From NCBI GenBank assembly GCA_964411255.1, contig CAYPKD010000006.1, forward strand, positions 3,097 to 67,096: a DNA stretch of 64,000 bases. The letters run 5' to 3'. Under the pieces are notes generated by a model, which worked only from the letters and a program-made list of their open reading frames with translations, was not told the origin of the DNA and made no database searches. Shown here one piece after another: positions 59,439-64,000 of the stretch; position 1 is the stretch's first letter, and each line of letters opens with the position of its first letter. The DNA is from an uncultured Gammaproteobacteria bacterium (GTDB taxonomy: Bacteria; Patescibacteriota; Patescibacteriia; UBA11705; DATKZF01). The position numbers were made by a program, and so were the translations under genes.

Positions 59439-62222
59439 CTATATAGCCTCAGCCTTTTCCACCCTCAATTTGCCGCCAGGTTCTAACACAACCACATCCC
59501 TGCGTCCAATTTGTGCAGATAATAAGTAATTGGCCAATGCATCGTCAACTTCCTGCTGGATTACCCTACGAAGCGGACGCGCTCCAAACTGCGGATCATA
59601 ACCTTTTTTAGCTAACTCACGAAGAGCCTCATCTGATACTTTAAATGTAATGCCCTTTGCTTCAAGCCGTTTGGCCACTTTGGCAATCATTAATTTACCA
59701 ATTTCAAATACATTATCTTCTGTTAAAGGTTTGAATATCATGATTCCATCATATCGATTTAAAAATTCCGGTCTAAAATATTCACGCAGCTCTTCATTAA
59801 TCATGTGATTTTTTATTTCTTCAATTGACAAACCTTTACCAACCGCATCCTGTAAATATGGAGTTCCTGCATTTGAGGTCATTACAATAATCAAATTTGT
59901 AAAATCAATTGTCCGGCCAGCATTGTCAGTTAACCGGCCATCTTCCATTACCTGCAGGAACAGATTCAAAACATCTGGATGAGCTTTTTCAATTTCATCA
60001 ACCAAAAGCAATGTAAAAGGATTTCGTCTTACTGCTTCAGTTAAATAGCCTCCTTCCTTTGATATAGCTGTTGGCGCGCCAATCAAACGATAAATACTTT
60101 CAGGTGTCTGATACTCTGACATATCCAGCCTGACCATGTTTTCTTCACTGCCAAAATATATATCAGCCACTGTCTTTGCCAATTCTGTTTTACCCACACC
60201 GGTCGGGCCAAGAAAAAGCAAACTGGCAATTGGCCGGTCGCCTTCGCGAAGCTCTGCTCTGGCCCGGCGCAAACTGGAAGCAACCATTTTCACTGCTTCA
60301 TCCTGACCAATTATTCGGCCATGTATCTCTTCTTCCAAATTAATTAATTTTTGCGCTTCCTTTTCAGTAATTTTTGCCACTGGAATTGAAGTTTTAATTG
60401 AAATAAACTTTGCCACATCATCACCGGTTACAATTTGATTTTCTCCCCTTTCTTTTCTAACAGCAATTGCCACTTGCTCAATAATTTCTAAAGCTTTTTG
60501 CGGTAAATATTTTTCATGCATATATCGAGCAGATAAAGCAACCGCCTTATCAAGACTGTCATAAGAAAAGAAAATTTTATTTTGAAATTCAATTGATCCG
60601 CTTTTTGCTTCCAAAACCTGTATTGCTTCATTTATTTCAGGCTCTTCCACTTTTATATTTTGAAAAACATTGGCAAGAGAGCTTTGTTCAACTGCCTCAG
60701 TATAATCTCGGGGATTTGTGGTTGCCACCACGTAAAATAATTTTTTTGATAAAATCTGCGATAAAACTTCTGATAAATCCAAGCCTCCCTGCTGGCCAGC
60801 AGTAATCCCAACCATATCATGAACATTTTCAATTGCTAAAACAATATTTTTTGCCTTAGCTGCTTCGCCCAATGCAGCCATCAGCCTTTCTTCTGCCTGC
60901 GCTGGTGTAGCGCCGCTGACTAAATGAGGCACGCTGAGGCTAACCAAACGCTTATCTTTTAGCATTTCTGGCACATCATCAGCAATCATTTTTTGCGCCA
61001 GCCCTTCTACAATTGAGGTTTTACCCACTCCTGGATAACCGATTAAAAGCACAGAATCTTTTGAACCTTCAATAATCCTAAAAACATCTTCAAATTCTTT
61101 TTCTCTGCCAACAGCTGGGAACAGACCACCCGCTCTGGCTGCGCCAGTTAAATCAATACTCATCTGATCTAAAAAAGGAGTAGCAACTGCAGTCATTGCC
61201 CGGTCAATACCGCTCTTTGGCTTTAATCTGCCCCTAGCCCTATATCTGGAAACTCGTTGCCGAAGCTGATTTTGAATTTTTATCCAAATAATTACATTTT
61301 TTAATTTTTGCCTGTTTAATTCTAAATCTACTAAAATGTCTTCCACATAATCTTTTTCTAAATCCTTAAATAATTCTTTCCAGGTGAACGCTGAAGCTAA
61401 TTCAGTTACTCCAATTTTTACTTTTTCGGCCAGCATTGCTTCCCAATATGCAAATATCAATATTTTTTTTGAAATAATTTCAAATTTTGGCACACCGCCA
61501 ACAGCGGTTTTCTGAGATAAAATATTCATTACTTTATCCTGAATTGTTTGCTTGGCAATGCCCAGTCTGCCAAAAATTATTAAACCCTGATCTGATTCTG
61601 GCAGAGCAACAAATAGATGCAGCTCATTTACAAAATTTTCATTTAATTTACTGGCTAATTTCCAGGATTTATTAATCAAATCTAGAGTTTTATCATCATA
61701 AGTTTTTGAAATGTCAATTAAATCTTTTTTCGGCCTGGCAATCACATCCTGCCAGTCAGTTACAGGAGATGAATATATCAAATCTTCATCCCGAAATTCT
61801 TTTTTCATTACTTTATACTTTGGATCAAGCTCCTGTTCAATTCGGTAGTATAAATACAAATCGCCAATAATGGTCAGCCAAAAGTAAAATTTTTCAAAAC
61901 TAGCCTGCCGAAACCAATAGTCATATGAAAATGCTGGTTCAAATCCTAATTTGTATAAATGCCAGAGTAAAACAGCAAAACCGCTTAATCCAAATATAAT
62001 TAAAAGTATGTTTATTAAATTTTTTATTGATTTTGTAAATTTCTCATGATAAATATGCCAGTTATCAATAAATCTGCCCCAATATAAAACTTTGTCTTTG
62101 AAAAACAAAACCACGCCCATGCCTTTGCAGGTCAGGCATTCCATATTGTCTTTTGTGCCACTTCCATTACACGATTCACAAACCAGAAATGGCAATTGTT
62201 TTTTTGGTAATTCTTTTGCCAT
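59439..62222 (-). CDS. ClpA/B/C-family AAA+ ATPase with N-terminal DnaJ-type zinc finger and two TM helices
   Basis: GYPGVGKT and GPTGVGKT Walker A motifs, RLDMSEY, DEIEKAHPDV, GARPLRR; CESCNGSG..CLTCKGMG. Confidence 0.9.
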   Translation of the reverse strand: MAKELPKKQLPFLVCESCNGSGTKDNMECLTCKGMGVVLFFKDKVLYWGRFIDNWHIYHEKFTKSIKNLINILLIIFGLSGFAVLLWHLYKLGFEPAFSYDYWFRQASFEKFYFWLTIIGDLYLYYRIEQELDPKYKVMKKEFRDEDLIYSSPVTDWQDVIARPKKDLIDISKTYDDKTLDLINKSWKLASKLNENFVNELHLFVALPESDQGLIIFGRLGIAKQTIQDKVMNILSQKTAVGGVPKFEIISKKILIFAYWEAMLAEKVKIGVTELASAFTWKELFKDLEKDYVEDILVDLELNRQKLKNVIIWIKIQNQLRQRVSRYRARGRLKPKSGIDRAMTAVATPFLDQMSIDLTGAARAGGLFPAVGREKEFEDVFRIIEGSKDSVLLIGYPGVGKTSIVEGLAQKMIADDVPEMLKDKRLVSLSVPHLVSGATPAQAEERLMAALGEAAKAKNIVLAIENVHDMVGITAGQQGGLDLSEVLSQILSKKLFYVVATTNPRDYTEAVEQSSLANVFQNIKVEEPEINEAIQVLEAKSGSIEFQNKIFFSYDSLDKAVALSARYMHEKYLPQKALEIIEQVAIAVRKERGENQIVTGDDVAKFISIKTSIPVAKITEKEAQKLINLEEEIHGRIIGQDEAVKMVASSLRRARAELREGDRPIASLLFLGPTGVGKTELAKTVADIYFGSEENMVRLDMSEYQTPESIYRLIGAPTAISKEGGYLTEAVRRNPFTLLLVDEIEKAHPDVLNLFLQVMEDGRLTDNAGRTIDFTNLIIVMTSNAGTPYLQDAVGKGLSIEEIKNHMINEELREYFRPEFLNRYDGIMIFKPLTEDNVFEIGKLMIAKVAKRLEAKGITFKVSDEALRELAKKGYDPQFGARPLRRVIQQEVDDALANYLLSAQIGRRDVVVLEPGGKLRVEKAEAI

Positions 62223-62286
62223 AAACGTAGCTTTTACAGTCAGTTTTAATTTTTTATTTGTTTTTTTACTTTTTACTTTTTCATTT

Positions 62287-62667
62287 TTACTTTATTATAC
62301 TCAACCCCAAATTAAACAAAATCATATAAATTACAAAAATCGGAAAAATTATTCGTAAAATAAAAAAGACTAAGCCAAATATAAGCCAGCCGATAAATAC
62401 TATTGATCTAAAAATAATTTGAATAAAGCGCATGAAAAAACTTACCATCCGGCCCTGCCAGTCAGTCTGCCCAAACATTGGAGTAAAAACATTTTTTATC
62501 CAAATAGTCAGGCCCAAACTTTCATTAGCTGAACGAAGCGTTCCAGAAAAACTTCTCCAAGCCTTTGCCAAACCTTTGGTGTACCACCATATAGGAAAAT
62601 AAAAAACATCTCCAATAAGGTCCTTGAAGAAAAATTTCAAAGATTTCAAGAAAAGACTCTGTTCCAT
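62287..62667 (-). CDS. Small membrane protein upstream of the Clp ATPase
   Basis: YFPIWWYTKG, PMFGQTDWQGR..SFFMR. Confidence 0.75.
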   Translation of the reverse strand: MEQSLFLKSLKFFFKDLIGDVFYFPIWWYTKGLAKAWRSFSGTLRSANESLGLTIWIKNVFTPMFGQTDWQGRMVSFFMRFIQIIFRSIVFIGWLIFGLVFFILRIIFPIFVIYMILFNLGLSIIK

Positions 62668-62745
62668 AGAATCGTTTTGTTTTTATATTTTTTTGTTTTA
62701 CTGTTTATATTATAACATAAAATAAAAGACTGAGCATAATTTTGC

Positions 62746-63030
62746 TCAGTTTGCTTGATTATTTTGCTTGCGAATTAAAAATACTTTTATAACTCCGTAT
62801 AGAATAGATGCGACCATCACTGGCCAAACAATTGTGCATAGCCAGAATTGCTTATATAAAGCATCAAAATAATATAAGAGGACAAATGATGTACCGACCG
62901 CGCCACCAAGCATTGATAATGCACCGACAGCCATCCATATCCAATTTTTTTTCATTATAGCAACCGCCCAAATCATTGAACCAATAAATGATAATCCTAA
63001 TAAATTATAAAAAGCTAGCTGCTCTCCCAT
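62746..63030 (-). CDS. Small 3-TM membrane protein
   Basis: SD AAGGAGGG before MGEQL at 63030. Confidence 0.65.
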   Translation of the reverse strand: MGEQLAFYNLLGLSFIGSMIWAVAIMKKNWIWMAVGALSMLGGAVGTSFVLLYYFDALYKQFWLCTIVWPVMVASILYGVIKVFLIRKQNNQAN

Positions 63031-63190
63031 GTTCCCCTCCTTTTGCAATAATACAGATTACATTAATAAATACATTTTGTCAATAAAAACCGATGAATTG
63101 CCCGTCATTCCCGCGGGGGCAGGAATCTATTCCTAGTACAATATAACCCAAAGCAGCGGCTCTTTGAAGTAACAAAAAGACTGAATATTT

Positions 63191-63826
63191 TTATCCAGCC
63201 AATCTCCAATTTGATGGAGAAAAATCAAAAAAATGAACCAATTTACCTTGCACAAAATCTCGATGATAATAGACCTTATCTGAATCCTGCCACAAATTCA
63301 TTTGCTCAAGAAACATTTTGGCATCTTCCTCTTTTACACCAAAGTTTGTTATTAATTGCAAGCGCCAGGAATCCTGTTTATCAGCAGGAGATAAATTCAA
63401 CACTAATTCAGGCGTGAGATTAAAGTCAGGTAATTTTATTCTCATAAACGTTCCACCTGTCATAATTTCTTTTTGTTCGAAATCTTCAGGCTTGTATATA
63501 CCATTTTCAATTTCTGTCTTAAAATACTTTTTCAAATTTTCAACTGTTCCTTGAATACTCAACACAACATGAATTTGATTCAATTTTTTTTGAATAATTA
63601 TTCCATTAACAAACATTATGGCCAAAGCCCCAACACCAACAAGCTTCATTTCAAGATTGCCTAAAAGCGAAAAGATACAAAAAAAGAAAAGGCATGATGC
63701 GCTTGTCATTCCAAACCCGATTTTTACAATTTTTCTATCTCTTCTGGAAAGCCCTATGTTTTGGATAAAAAGGCCAACAATAAATGATGCTTCTGCTATT
63801 AAAAAGATCAGCCGAAAAAGCGACAT
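63191..63826 (-). CDS. Membrane hypothetical protein
   Basis: SD GAGGAGGG; three N-terminal TM helices. Confidence 0.7.
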   Translation of the reverse strand: MSLFRLIFLIAEASFIVGLFIQNIGLSRRDRKIVKIGFGMTSASCLFFFCIFSLLGNLEMKLVGVGALAIMFVNGIIIQKKLNQIHVVLSIQGTVENLKKYFKTEIENGIYKPEDFEQKEIMTGGTFMRIKLPDFNLTPELVLNLSPADKQDSWRLQLITNFGVKEEDAKMFLEQMNLWQDSDKVYYHRDFVQGKLVHFFDFSPSNWRLAG

Positions 63827-63922
63827 GTCCCCTCCTCACCTTTTCATAAAATATAATAATTTTTAAATACACTTTTGTCAATAAAAAAGCTGGAAAGTTA
63901 TTAACCTTCCAGCTGGACGAAA

Positions 63923-64000
63923 TCACTCAGGCTTTTCAGCTGGGCGATTTTGAAGAAGCTTCTTGAGCTCCCCAGGAGACATATTGTCAACCTGACTTCT
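63923..64000 (-). CDS. 3' end of a gene starting outside the window
   Basis: Open frame ..RSQVDNMSPGELKKLLQNRPAEKPE-stop, followed by terminator AGCTGGAAG/CTTCCAGCT. Confidence 0.45.
   Translation of the reverse strand, partial: RSQVDNMSPGELKKLLQNRPAEKPE

Noticed and set aside
1-64000. CRISPR array, prophage, rRNA, tmRNA, IS transposase or DGR
   Set aside because: No regularly spaced identical repeats with unique spacers, no phage structural genes, no rRNA or tmRNA signatures, and no transposase or reverse transcriptase ORF seen

Overview
This is an AT-rich bacterial chromosome segment whose gene content and style point to a Patescibacteria/CPR (Parcubacteria-like) organism; that assignment is inference. 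Core genes are secA, secD (with two inserted rotamase domains), secF, murB, murC, hpf/raiA, glyA, folD, dnaB, ybaB, recR, rplU, an Elp3 homologue, a VirD4-like ATPase and a membrane-anchored Clp ATPase. A minus-strand array holds 10 tRNA genes. Many single-gene accessory units are interspersed, each with its own TTGACA..TATAAT-like promoter, strong Shine-Dalgarno (SD) sequence and terminator, whereas core genes lack SD sequences. The most notable unexplained signals are: (1) a 2.3-kb island between folD and dnaB with four promoter- and terminator-bounded, ORF-less structured RNA genes (about 200, 360, 500 and 100 nt); (2) a 168-nt structured RNA embedded in the tRNA array; (3) a single-cassette integron-like locus whose short integrase lacks the IntI-specific insertion and whose attI-like site is palindromic; (4) neighbouring but unrelated accessory units that share homologous terminators. 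All RNA structures were read by eye and no database search was run.
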